A stretch of 57,595 nucleotides of DNA, counting the filler, from Basidiobolus meristosporus CBS 931.73 (taxonomy: Eukaryota; Fungi; Basidiobolomycota): the NCBI GenBank assembly GCA_002104905.1. It is 2 parts of 2 records of this genome, joined end to end, with 100 filler letters (N's around TTAATTAATTAA, not from the genome) between each part and the next. Parts side by side here need not be neighbours in the genome. Positions count along the whole stretch, not along the records: positions 28,442 to 57,595 come from MCFE01000872.1; 1 more part is not named here. One strand, given 5' to 3'. Below are positions 37,151-49,228 of the stretch, in pieces. The stretch's first letter is position 1, and each line of letters begins with the position of its first letter. The position numbers were made by a program, and so were the translations under genes. The notes beneath the pieces were generated by a model. It was not told the DNA's origin, did no database searches, and saw only the letters and a list, made by a program, of their open reading frames with translations.

Positions 37151-39057
37151 ATGGGGCGAGTCAACCGGAGCTCGCTAAAATCCGAGTTAGAGGTCATATT
37201 AGAGCGCAGTGCTCAACGGTTTACGTATGACCTCGAGTGCCCTTTGCAAAGATAAGGTTGAACACCCGGCCACTGGCTTTCCCATCAGCTGGGAGCGACC
37301 CCAAACCTTTGGCCCCAAGTGAGGTGGACCATCATCATAACCCCATAGGGATACAGGAATGCGAACGGTAGACCGGCAAAAAGACCCAAGGCTTGTGACT
37401 TCCGTTGGGGATGAGGAAGAAAGAGCCCGGCCATACATTGGACCTGAGGTTTGCTACCCGGTGGGAAACTGTGGTAAACATGGGGCTCCATTCGCTGAGG
37501 CAAATATGTAAACTGACTGACTCCAGGTCCTTTGTAGGCCAGAAAATCCGGTCTACCGCAGAGCAGGCGATCGAAACCCAAGGCACCCTAGAAATCCGGA
37601 GCTTACCGAGAGACGCGCAGGGGAGTGTTCCACCTTGGGTGGATATTACCGATGTGCAATGGGAGACTGGTTGCTGATCTTGGTTGAGCCAATGTTCGTA
37701 CCTGCCATGTCGTCTAGCACCCTGCCCGTGGCTACGTCTGCAGATCAATTATAGAGGCAACTCGTCCGTGTACAAGAGTGCCCGCGGGTTTGCGAGTACA
37801 AGCGCCGCGTTCAGATCCAGCTCGATGTGGTAGGCAACAAGTTGTGCCGCATACATCGGATGAGACATGATCTTGTCTATTCCGTGCATTGGGCAGAACT
37901 GGGTTAGGGTTATGGGCCCAATCACTCCCCGGAGACTCACCTCGGAGCCCTCTTTCGCCTGGTATCGTTGCAGACTCTGGCGGCAGAGGTGCTGAAAGGG
38001 AATGAACAAGGTTGGGGAGGGAGGGCGAAGGATCGATCTGTAGGTCAGTTATGAGAGTGGAGATCCTCATCGGAGCAGTGGCATGGTGGTTCCCAGAAGC
38101 ATGCACCAAATACTCGGGACGAAGTAGCCGCAGTGGACGCTTCCACTAGCCAATTCCGGCAGTCGGGACGGGGAATGGTGCACCATCGAGCGTTAAGCAG
38201 CTTATTCTCCGCCCACCGAAAGCATCAACGGGGAACCAAAATCTCCATTTATCTCAACGGTGCATACGACGCCACAGCGTATGTGCTCGCGAGTAGATCG
38301 TAGTTCACGCCCACGGTGATGCTGATCGTTACCAAGTGGAGGATCGTTAGGTGTTTCCGTAAATGGACCGGTTGACAAGCAGCAGGGGCCGTGAGCCGTT
38401 GGCCACTACCGGAATGGGTTCCTGTAGGAAAGGAACCACCGGAAGGCCACCAATGACTGGCTAAACCTTGGGTACAGAGCGAATGGAAATAGGGTTCATA
38501 CCTGTGCTTCGTGGCCGACTCTGTCTAAAAAGAGCCTCTCTCCGGTGGGAGCCCCATCCCAGGACTGCACATTCTATGGAAACAGAAAAGTCACCTGCAT
38601 TAAGGACGCTTCATCAATGACAGTCGACGTATAGTTGTTCTAGTGAGTCGGTTAGGATTTTACTTGCATGATTACCAGATGCCTATGCAATGAACACCCT
38701 GGATCCATCCCATGAGTATGTCCAGTAACCTTATTGTCCTGACCTAATGGCATCCAAAGCTAGCCCACTGCACACCGATGATTACAGCAGGAATGCATAT
38801 CATTGGACTGTAAAAAACCGACGCACATCCACCAGAGACCGACAAGGCAATGGGGAAAGGTCTGGATGCCACATCTAGCCATTTACGACCCAGTGGTGGG
38901 TGGCCACCGCCCAATGTATGAATAGTGGTTGGGTGGGATTTATTTAATTTATCTCTATATGAGTGCCGGTGATAGGGTGGAAGTGGGGCTTTAAGCGACA
39001 GGCAACAAGGTGGACAAAAGGGCAATGTACAAATAAATAGGAATCGGGGGCCCCTCC

Positions 39058-39504
39058 TCAGAAGGGCCTGGTGAGTAGCACCGGGAGGAGTATGCAGATG
39101 ATGAGAATTGACAAGACGGTGAAGATCCGATTCCAGAAGCGCCATTTCGCCTGGTACTTCGTGGCCGGTTGTCGGGGGAGGAACGCGAAGATCCACCAAG
39201 CGCAGGGGATGATGAACCCGAAGAAGAAGGCCTGCTTACCGTAGTAGGCCTGGCTCTCTGACACTGTCGACTCGTAGCTGGATGTCTCGGTGATCTTTTC
39301 TGGGTGGATTCTCTGGACCCCCACCGAATTCAGGGCCCAATGCCGCTTCGATCGCGGGTGAGAGTCTGGCGGGAGGTGAACCGCTGCTGGATAGTGCTCC
39401 GCCCCCAAGGAATATTGGAGGAAGTCTGCGGTGATTTCATATTCTATGGAGCCAGGCCCGAACTCCAGGCAGACGCTGTTTTTTTCGGTGTGAGCCAAAA
39501 CCAT
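39058..39504 (-). CDS. Small C-terminally anchored membrane protein (148 aa)
   Basis: Two hydrophobic segments, FFFGFIIPCAWWIFAFLP and RIFTVLSILIICILLPVLL; the GFxxPxxW...W..R pattern resembles uncharacterised fungal membrane proteins. Confidence 0.6.
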   Translation of the reverse strand: MVLAHTEKNSVCLEFGPGSIEYEITADFLQYSLGAEHYPAAVHLPPDSHPRSKRHWALNSVGVQRIHPEKITETSSYESTVSESQAYYGKQAFFFGFIIPCAWWIFAFLPRQPATKYQAKWRFWNRIFTVLSILIICILLPVLLTRPF

Positions 39505-40568
39505 GGCCCGAATGCTATGGAAAATCGGTGGGAGCTCGGGTGGGGAGAAGGGATGTCGTAGGATCTATGCACGATTATTTACAATGAAAGCAGTGTCGCA
39601 AGCTCAAGGGTAGCTAGGATTATCAAGACCAGAAGACGGCGGCAGGCGGTGGCCGTGTATATATAGCTTTCTGGACCTTCGTCAACCAAGGGCCCAAAAA
39701 TATGTCGGATCTGGAGGAAAAGCAGGATCTGGGTGGAATGGGGATCTGTACGCCTGCGAAGGCAGCAATCCAAGGATTTCATAGGAAAGAATGGATAGGA
39801 GAAACCCAAAGGTGGACGAGCAAATGGGGAGTTCATGCCGAATTGGTTGGGCAATCACCACAATAACTCATATTTGGCATCGGTGGGAAATTATGGAGAT
39901 GCTTCCTTTGTACTAATGGCCTAACACATGCAGTCCACGACTCCAGAGAAACCTTGCCTGTGCGCAAGGCGCGTTGGATAAAATAGATGGAAAGCAAGCA
40001 TTCGCCTGAACGATGCATGAAATGAAAAATTCCATTTATTTCCATTCGTTGTTCTATGCATCTGGAACGTACATGGGTTCTTGTAAGATTCTTGTCAGGA
40101 GACGGTGAAAGAGGGCTGTGTAACGGATCGCATACCTGCCAGGACCATTGGTTTTGATTTTCATTGAACCTGTATTTGGAAACATCCATATAACTCGATT
40201 TGTAGACCAGCCATTTTAGTCGAGTGGGGAGGTTGGGAAGGGATTCCACACGAAACAAAGGCTTATGTGATACTTGCGGGAGCTAAAAGCGCTTACGAAA
40301 CATACATATGTCGCAACAATGGTGATTGTGTATGGAAATATCTTGCGCTGGGGGTTGGTGGCGGGGCGGTTTTCCCAAAGAGCCCTAACAAAGGGCTTGG
40401 ACCAAAGGCGTGCAAAATGCCGAGCCCCTCTGGTGTAGAACAGAACGAGTCAAGGGATTGGGCTCAATGCGTGTTTATATACGTATGCAGGGATATCAAT
40501 AAAGGTTGGCATTTTTATCAAAACAGATCAAGGCTAGGGAATAGCGGTAACAAACGAATGCAAGCAGA

Positions 40569-43002
40569 TTATGACTGGACAAATTGATTGGCAGCTTGGC
40601 GCAAATCATTCAACGAAGTGCTTAATGAATCTCTGAAGATATCGCTGTCGGTTTCTTTGCAGTTCTTCCAGCTGGAAATGCTGAACTTCATGCTGTTCTT
40701 TCCAATGGCATAATTTACCCCATATCCCTCGGGCACCACCGGACCGAAGCCGCCGTAGAAGTGGTCGCCTGGGCTCATGTTGGATGTGGATAGTTTGAAA
40801 TACATGGATTTCAGGTAAGAGGGGTCGGAGAAGATGGTTGCTGCTTCGCGCTCGGCTTCCGACGCGATAACTGATCGCAGCCCTAAGAGATGTCTGTCGA
40901 CTCCTCTGCCGCTGCTAGCGGCTTTCATGTACTCCAGATGAGATTCGATCGCTTTTTTGAAGAGGATCAGTTTCTCGCGGTCCTAGATTGGATGCCCAGT
41001 TGGTTAGCAGCAAGCCGTGGAATGCACACCGGAGCCGACCAATACATACGTCAATCGAGTTGTCATCAAATGCCTCCACGAATGCTACGCTGTCCGATGA
41101 ACAAACCCGAACCGTTTCGGTCCTTCCGAAAGCAAAAGTGCGGGTGGATGCGGTCTCGTATGTTGGGCAGCACTCTCCATACTGTCGGTAGTAGGCCAGC
41201 TGAAGCGCCATCTGAACATAGGCGTCGGGGCTGACTTTGGCTAAACACATGCATCAGTAAAGACCTCACCCATTTGCAGCGACATATCGAAGCTCAGTCC
41301 CTACCATTTTTGATCCAGTCACTACCATAGCCATCGTAGTGCAGGCAAAGGCTTTGGATGTTCTTGATCAGCTTTTTGGCGTTTGACTCGGCCGCGCTGA
41401 TCGCGTCGGTCACGTTGCTGGTAACGGACCAACGAAGCTGCTCGGGTGGTGGCAAGCTAACATTGGCTTCGAGCTCCTCTCTGTTACTATTTCCAGAGCT
41501 GATGTAGTTGAAAATTCCACCAGGGACAGCGGCATCAACTGGCGAGTGCTTCGGTTGCAAGATAATTAGGTTGTGAGGTGGATGGATGGGCTAGAGACCG
41601 GATTACCTCTCCGTTCACACCGGCCACTCCGTTGTTGGCCACTATAAATTGGAGCGGTTTATCAAACCATCTATTCTTGGCGTCGTTGCGGTGAAAGATG
41701 TGGTGGTGAGCATGGTCAGCGTCCCCCTCAGGCCCAATATCGTCCAGACACAACACAAAGAGGGATTCGTCGATATCCTGCAGAGTGCTTGCGTTTTCTG
41801 GGAACTGAGATAGCTCATTTCGAATCTTCGATCACCCGCCAACGTTAGCTATGATGTGCCACATGACTTTTGCAATACGCCTACCTTTCCCCACACGTCC
41901 CGATGCTCCGAGGTCAATATTCCCACAGGTGGCTGCGGCTCCGAAAGGTCTTTTACAGCATCAACGACTCTAGAAAGCTGGCTGTTCGATCGCCATCAAC
42001 ACATGTCAGTCTACTGGATGGTGGGGGTATAGGCCCGGTTCTGCTTACACATTGATTTGCTTTGTTGACAGCGGCTGGCCGTCTTCCCCCAATACTTGAA
42101 CCTTGAAGAATTGATCTTTGGCCATGACAATGATGTGTTGTGCAGTAGCAGGGTAATTGTATACAAGCCTGTCTTTTGTTGTATCGGCAATACGGGCGGT
42201 GCCGAATACACGCTTATACTGGTTCATGCATAAATTTACATTGCGAAGTTGCTCTACTGGCAATTCTTGTCTGCAATTGTTGGTTAATAACTGGTCAGTA
42301 TGATACGAACGTAGGTATGCGTAGAATGTTATGCGCTATACTTGTTCAGTAGGTCGTTGAATTCGAGGACACGTCTAGCGATGGCCGAAGCTCTCGCAAT
42401 TTGCAAGTCAGAAAATGTCCCCTTTTTAGCTGGTGCAAGACCCTCGGCAGGATTGTTAAACACACACCACCAATTCACATTGAGTAAAAGTGGCTCGCGA
42501 TACTCTAAATATGCTTTGTCGAGCCAGATATTCTCCAGCCAAGAGTGCTACAATGAGTCGATGTGGTTAGTCGTTGGTGATGAAACAAATAACTGTCAAA
42601 CAGAGAAAGCCCATTACTTTTGTGTTGCTTGCCAGGGAGATCAAACGTTTCTGGAGGGTTTCCCCTAGGCCGTTCGGTTTGATAAATGTACCTACTGCTT
42701 GGGCAGCCCTGTCTAACTCTTCGCCATCTTTAAGAACCGGCTCCAGGCTTCGCAAATACCTATCCGCTGTTTCGTGTAAATCGGGGATTGGTAACTTTGG
42801 GAGCTGATTGTCATTCTGGAACGTCTTTGGAGGGGCTTCAGTCACGAACGTACGAAGTGCCGGATATAGAGAGCTATGGAAGTAACGGGGAGTGTCAGCA
42901 GGGAAAATAGCTTACGACTGCCTTCGGAGGCACCTACCGTAAACCAGTATGTCTGGCTCTCAAAGCGCTAACTGTAGCTGAACGCAGAAATAAAAGCGAC
43001 AT
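40569..43002 (-). CDS. Carnitine O-acetyltransferase, multi-exon, probable mitochondrial presequence
   Basis: LPKLPIPDL, WLENIWLDKAYLEYR, NRWFDKPLQF, spliced GE|HSPVDA (catalytic His), PDAYVQMALQLAYY...YETASTRTF..GRTETVR, GFGPVVPEGYGVNY. Exon 1 (43002-42938, MSLLFLRSATVSALRARHTGL) joins in frame across GT-AG intron 42937-42874; next intron 42617-42548. Confidence 0.93.
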
Positions 43003-44029
43003 CGAAAAAGATATCAAACAAACGAGGGTAGTTACGAAGCAGTGCTCGTATACAATCAAGGATATAAATGATCTATGTGGGTGGCGTTTCTAGGAATCAA
43101 GGTTCGTCATCCGAAAGTTCTAATATAATTGGGGCATCAATATTGATCAGGGATGCTTGTATTGAGCCCGCGTACCAAAATTCCCTCAGTTTGTTGCCAC
43201 CACCCACGTGTTAACCTTAACACAGCGTGGTGGTGTCAACTGAATGTGTATGGAATGATGATGGAACATTGACTGGCGCCTGCAATCTGCGATTTCGTTG
43301 CGCAGCATGGTGATTTTGCCGGAGACTGCTATTGACGTAATCTTCCGGAAAGCAATGACCCGGTTGCTTTTCTAATCATTAACGGTCTCTGCAATGCGGA
43401 TAAAGACACCTGGGACACTATCCCAAATACTTCCACTTAACCCAGCAAAGGCGCTGGGGGGTTGCATCTGTATCTTGAGCTCGTATACTAAAATCCGCTC
43501 ATTTCACTGTCTGGTTTACGAATGCCGCAGTGCACAGCCACAGCCAATGCGATGGTTGCAGCATTTGTGGTCCAAAATCCTATATTTGTTCTAGAAGGAT
43601 GGTTCAGCGATTTGTGGGAATCCAGATTGTGGTGGACTGGATATAGTAAAATTGGATGCCTCATAGCAACACGAGCTCGAGTCCCGTACAGCGTTCAGGC
43701 GTTACTCCAGCCCTCTACTGACAGCGGCTTTTGTTCTTTTGTCCAACATGCTGTAGTTGTGTGGGTTGTGTAATGCAAGCATCCCAGCAAAGAAACATAT
43801 CAACATAGTATTATCACCTGCTACTCACAAAACGCAGTCACTGTAATGGCAAACATATATATATATATATATATAACTCACTATCTCATTATCTCACAGC
43901 TCAACGTCAGACTCCATTGGACAATTGGTATTTGAGAGAATTACAATATGGGCTCAACCATTAATTTTTATTGATGAGTTTCAATAGGAAATACTATGGA
44001 TAACATAGATTATAAACAATTGCTGGTCA

Positions 44030-44400
44030 ATGTAGGATGGTGTTTGCGAAGCATTCTGGTCTAAACTGGGGTAAAAAATTGCTAAAAGTGGCGGTGAGAG
44101 CTTGGAAGTGAATTGGAGTATTTAGAAGCGTGCAATCTTTCACTGCTTGATTGATTAAATTGAAATAAAGTATTGATACTTGTGTGAACTCCGTAAACAT
44201 AATGATAAGAATGTTTCGAGAATACTCCCAGGAAGTTGTGTGCAATGCTCGGAGTCTTTTGGAAGACTTTAAAAAAATCTGACAACCTCTAGTCTATTCA
44301 ATATTTCTAAGAATTAGCAAATATCTTGCAAGCATATTACGGAGTAAATACATGTCAGCAGCATAATCAATGAAGCACTAAATCTAGGATATGAGTGTTT
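44030..44400. repeat. Diverged LTR-like relic related to family E
   Basis: Shares GAA(A)GTGA(G/A)TTGGAG..TTAGAAG and AATTAGCAAATAT(T/C)TTGCA with 9545-9986; keeps some CpG. Confidence 0.45.
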
Positions 44401-47310
44401 ATTGCTAAACCAATTATTTGCAACAAAAATACATATTTATGCCACCCACAGTGTCCATGATGAAATAAATCGTAAATATGAATCACTACCAGGATTCATC
44501 GTGGCATATTATCCTAGGAAGATTCAAAGCTTGGATTTCATCCTATTTTATGCAGTTATCCTACTTCTTTCCTCTAACATCCCCTGTATTAATTATCGCT
44601 CTAACTTTCGACAATGCTACGAATTGCTTCGTATTTGGCATGTAATCGATGTGATTGAGAACCTACATGTACTCCATGTCGGAGCTCCTGCCCATCTTGG
44701 CTACTATTTGCTACCAAGTACCAGGGTTTGAATGACATGCACTTGCTGGCATATTGATAGTGTTTGCATTTAGGTGAATTTCGTGGAAATAATGATGAGG
44801 CCGCATTAAGAAAGCTGTGTAGAAAGTTTGGGTCCGTTAGATCAGTTTGAAAACTTTGGAAACTTCTGAGACTTCACTAGTTCAAAAAATTAGCATCGTA
44901 TTGTACGAACCAATCTCAGGCCGTTCATTCAAAATTTAGCAATTGGCAGAATAGAATCTTAACATACATGAATAATTTAGGCGTTAAACTAAATAAGAAT
45001 CTCAGCAGTATTTATTTGGTATTCCCACCAATTCCATCAGGGAATTTACAATGCTATGAATGGGAAGCTGAGGTACTGCAAGTACATTCTTTAGTCGGGG
45101 TCTTCTGGATGACCTGGAATCCACCCTGGAAGATCTTTTTGCTGACTCCTCCGAATTGCGGAAATACTGGGCAGCTGGAAGATATTCAAAAAGTGAAATC
45201 ATAATATTTGGTTCAATCCCAATGATGCGCAACAGCACATATCTTTGGTAGAACTACAATACATTGCAGAAAACCCCCGAAGGAGGTGCCAAGCTCGAAG
45301 GTCATTCTCTCTCCTTCATATTTCCGTATTGGGTGCAACACGGGGCGATTCTGTTTGGGCCCTGTGTCCTGCTCTCAACACAACAATTACCGAGCGATCT
45401 TGACAGTTACCCCTTTACTTGAATGTCTTCGGTGTGCTCAGTAAGCCGATGGACCACAGCCTATCGAAAGTCCCTGCACCTTTGAAAGCTTCGCAGGGTA
45501 CGGTGAAGGAAGGCCCAATACCACTTTGAGGGTTGTAACGAGTCAGGACACCATTGGGGCATCTCAGCAACGATCATGTTCAAGCCAAGCACTGGTTGCT
45601 GCCGTAGATTGTGAGATAATAACACCCGTTGATCATTGGCACCATATCGGCACTAGTGATACTGGTGGATGAGCACCAATCAGCTTCATCCGCACACCCC
45701 CAAGACCCAACAGGCGGCACGATCTGCATGGGCTTTGGCAAATCTGGGATTTGGGGGATGCAGCCAGAGAATTTGCTCGCTATACGGAGATCGATGAAGT
45801 CAACCTGGCATGCATTCTGGGACTGATAGCTTGCTACCAACCAACCAAGCCTATCTGGCCAACATGGTCGTTGAAATGAACCAGATCTCTGGGATAAGCA
45901 GGCATGATGTCATGGCCAATGAGGTGGGGCCGTTTATCGTCATGTGTCCCATTAGAAGTAATCTTCGCTAAAATGAGAGCCAACTTTGGATGATAGTGAG
46001 CCATTGGCACCACCAATGACCTGGTTAAGTGGCAATGATTGCCTGCCGCCAGATTGATGAGGCGAATAGCTACGGAGTGGGTATAGTGCTCGACAACTTG
46101 GAATCGAACCAACCTTGGCCTGAACAATGATTACCTGGAAATGAATCTGGTGGCACGATTGGCGATTTCCATGGTCACTTGAGTGCTTTGGGAATAAGCA
46201 ATCAATTGTACAACGCAAATTAGATTGTCTTCAATATAAATGGATTAATCAGGCATATTGTTCGCCGGATGTTTCAACCGTTTGACACACCTTTATGTAT
46301 GTTCTTGTGCTATGGTGTCAGATCACCGCTACCGACGACCACTTGATTCTCGCTTCATTCGTATCTTGGGCATGGCACAGTGCCACTCGCCCTGGTGCTA
46401 ATCGCAGGTCGTGATTATCAGCAAGCCGGCGGCTTGGTCAGGACAGGTTGTCTGGATGGTGCTAGGTCTCGTTTGATCGTGGTTTGTGTGTGGCATCACC
46501 ACAGTAAACCGCCTAGCTATGGATCTACCATGATGCGCCTACAGCCAGGAAAAGGTTTGATATCGGCTTGGATTACCTTGGTACAGCTGCCATGGCTGGA
46601 TTGTTCAAGTCCGCTTTGATGGCAATTATATCAAATAAGATCCTGCAATCCCTTTGTCTGTTGGCCATTCTTCGATTCGATGAATGCGGTGTCGTTAATT
46701 CTCCATTGGATTCATTCTTTCTCGTACATCATTGGCGTTGGCCGTTTTCATCCACGAAATAGGAAAGAATGGATGAATGGTGATCATTTACCTGGTTCAC
46801 GGGAGATCCTCCCTTTGGTGATTTCATATAGCCTTCCATTCTTGGCCCATTCGTCCTTTAATTAGGGCGCTACCACTAACAATGATTGATGGGGGGATGC
46901 CTTTTTTGGAAGAATGACTTTTTTCCGTATTTTAACTTTATAATGACCCATGGGCCACGTGACCGACCTCAGAAGCCCTCCTGTATATGAGCACATACAT
47001 CTGACCTCAGGAATCCTTCCTCGCACCCTGCCATCCCCATCCATCAGTTAAATCCTAATCCTGCGACCACCGCAGTCTCAAGTAGCGCGCCGCCTGAATA
47101 ATGAAATCGCTTGAGATCCCCAGTCCCCCAGGTATAATTCAGCGTAGCCACCGGACAATTCACTGCCATTCCAACTAACACTGCCGTATCAAGGGCTAGT
47201 CCTGACCGATGTCAGCTCAGTGGCTGATGTGGACGCTGCTATGCGATGTAGGTGGAAATGCACACTAATAACTCGCTCCAAAACTCACTCCACTCCTTCA
47301 CCGACTAGTC

Positions 47311-48387
47311 ATGGACTCCAACTACGATACCCAGTTTCACTGCTGGATCAGAAACGAGAAGAACGTGAGCTACATTGCGTACTACCTGCGTAAACTCATC
47401 GTGGATTTCGAGGAGACAAACATGAGATCGGTGCATCGAGCCATCCAATGGTTGGTGCACGATTGGTCGGTCCAAAGGACTGCCGAGCTGTTGGTGAAGT
47501 TGTTTTATCATTGGGGAATCGATTGTCCGAGGTTCGGCCTGTTGATTGCGGAGGTGATGTTTGAGTGGAATATCAACCACACAACCGAGCTAGTCACCAC
47601 CTTGGTGATAGGAGAAAGGTCCAGCAAAGTTGCGCAATTCATCAATCACCTTACCAATGGCTGGTGCGACTCCGCGGTTGTAGAGTTGGTTCGCAGCATC
47701 AGCACTCGGCTTCAGTGGAGTGAGCGTTATTTCAAGCACTTTATCTTGCAATATGTGGCAGTTTATTACAGCGGTGATATGATGGTATTGGGCTCCCTGT
47801 CTTGCGCAGGCTATGGTGCAAGCATCATTTCCAACCATATCCGGCAGCAGTATCAAGCAAGAAGACTGTTTATGCAGCAACACACCACTTGCCTGGGTGG
47901 CGAGCCATCAGTGCCTGGTCTCTCGTTGGTGGAGTTCTCCATCAAGATACTGCAAAAAATATTGTCCCGCACATTTGTCACTCTAGGCACGCCATTTTTC
48001 TATGCTGAACATCTTATCACCGGCGCCCCAAAGCACGCGCACATAAACCAACATCCGTACATGACGAGGTCATCACTGTACCGGAGGATGGAGAAGCGAG
48101 GGCAGGCAACAGCTACACTTCATAAATCAGCCTGCTGGAAAGACTCGGATTGTTCCACCCCATCACCCGCAGTAGATTCTCGCGTCCGTACTCATGATGG
48201 AAGAGCACATCTTTATTGCCGACTTCACTCTGAGCCCTCAACCTCATCCCCATCGACAGGATCAACGACTGCGTGCACTTGTTCCTCATACCTAGGCAAG
48301 TTCAGCTCGCACCCAGCAGACCGGACAGACGTTGATAGGCCAGCCTTGGCGCTTGAAAGCAGGACTAACCCGAGGAATAACCGATAG
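47311..48387 (+). CDS. Hypothetical protein (358 aa) with an alpha-helical, Trp-periodic N-terminal 150 aa and a low-complexity tail
   Basis: Long ATG-initiated ORF in genic-composition DNA; amphipathic repeats such as WLVHDWSVQRTAELLVKLFYHW and WNINHTTELVTTLVIGE; function not recognised; introns possible. Confidence 0.7.
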   Translation: MDSNYDTQFHCWIRNEKNVSYIAYYLRKLIVDFEETNMRSVHRAIQWLVHDWSVQRTAELLVKLFYHWGIDCPRFGLLIAEVMFEWNINHTTELVTTLVIGERSSKVAQFINHLTNGWCDSAVVELVRSISTRLQWSERYFKHFILQYVAVYYSGDMMVLGSLSCAGYGASIISNHIRQQYQARRLFMQQHTTCLGGEPSVPGLSLVEFSIKILQKILSRTFVTLGTPFFYAEHLITGAPKHAHINQHPYMTRSSLYRRMEKRGQATATLHKSACWKDSDCSTPSPAVDSRVRTHDGRAHLYCRLHSEPSTSSPSTGSTTACTCSSYLGKFSSHPADRTDVDRPALALESRTNPRNNR

Positions 48388-49228
48388 CCTGTCCCATAAA
48401 ACATCCGTGTCCATTGACAGCTGGGCTGCTCTCTACCCGAGGACAGGTTGGGCACCGGCAGCTGCTCACAACCCCTAGCTAGTCACCAAGCATAACTTCC
48501 CAAAATGACTGCCTCATGTGTGCGGTCCACCAAAATATCGCTCGCATCCTTGGTGGAGACGTAACGATTGTACCAACAATAGACAGTTGTAAATACTAGA
48601 CTAGGTAGTCTGTTCCAACAATAAACCAAGTAGACTCAGTGGATATGCTATCAGCGGTTGTGTAGAGGATGGGGCTGAACGATCTGGACAGTGGCCCTCT
48701 GTTCTATCAACCTGAGTACCCACAGACAATCCTCCACTCTCACGTCAGGCGAAGCCCGGGGAGCAGCCTCGTAGTTGAGTGAAAGGACATGTTCGTTTAT
48801 GTAACAATATAGCAATATAGGAAACACAAATCAGTATAAAAATCTGACTAGATCCGGAAGAAATGGCCAACGCGTGAAAGAGCAAATTCAGGGCTTAGGT
48901 GGTATGTAAGGTGGAGCATTCACATAGCTATGGACATATAGCTCATTGGTTTCAACCGTCCATGGGGAAGGGTACACTCAGGATCACAAACATGGAGTCA
49001 GGTTGGGCATCCCATCTCGTTCAAAATCCAGCGCAAATGCCAGTCTTCGGCTAATCACAAGGGAGACGTATTCAAAGAGCGAACCGCCTACACAGGGAGA
49101 ACCTTCAAACTTATAAGAGATGTATTTGAGATAAACAAGTATATACAAATAACATGCAACTACGTTTGCTGTGCAGTCGATAGGAGTAGATGACTAGGGA
49201 AGATTAATGGGGCAGAAATGGGTATCTA

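Noticed and set aside
46095-46112. Perfect B-box GGTTCGATTCC on the minus strand (possible tRNA or SINE)
   Set aside because: No A-box at a suitable distance and no acceptor or anticodon stems can be folded.
45580-46218. Short Cys-rich ORFs suggesting a small secreted protein
   Set aside because: No signal peptide, coherent exon chain or recognisable motif; needs RNA-seq.
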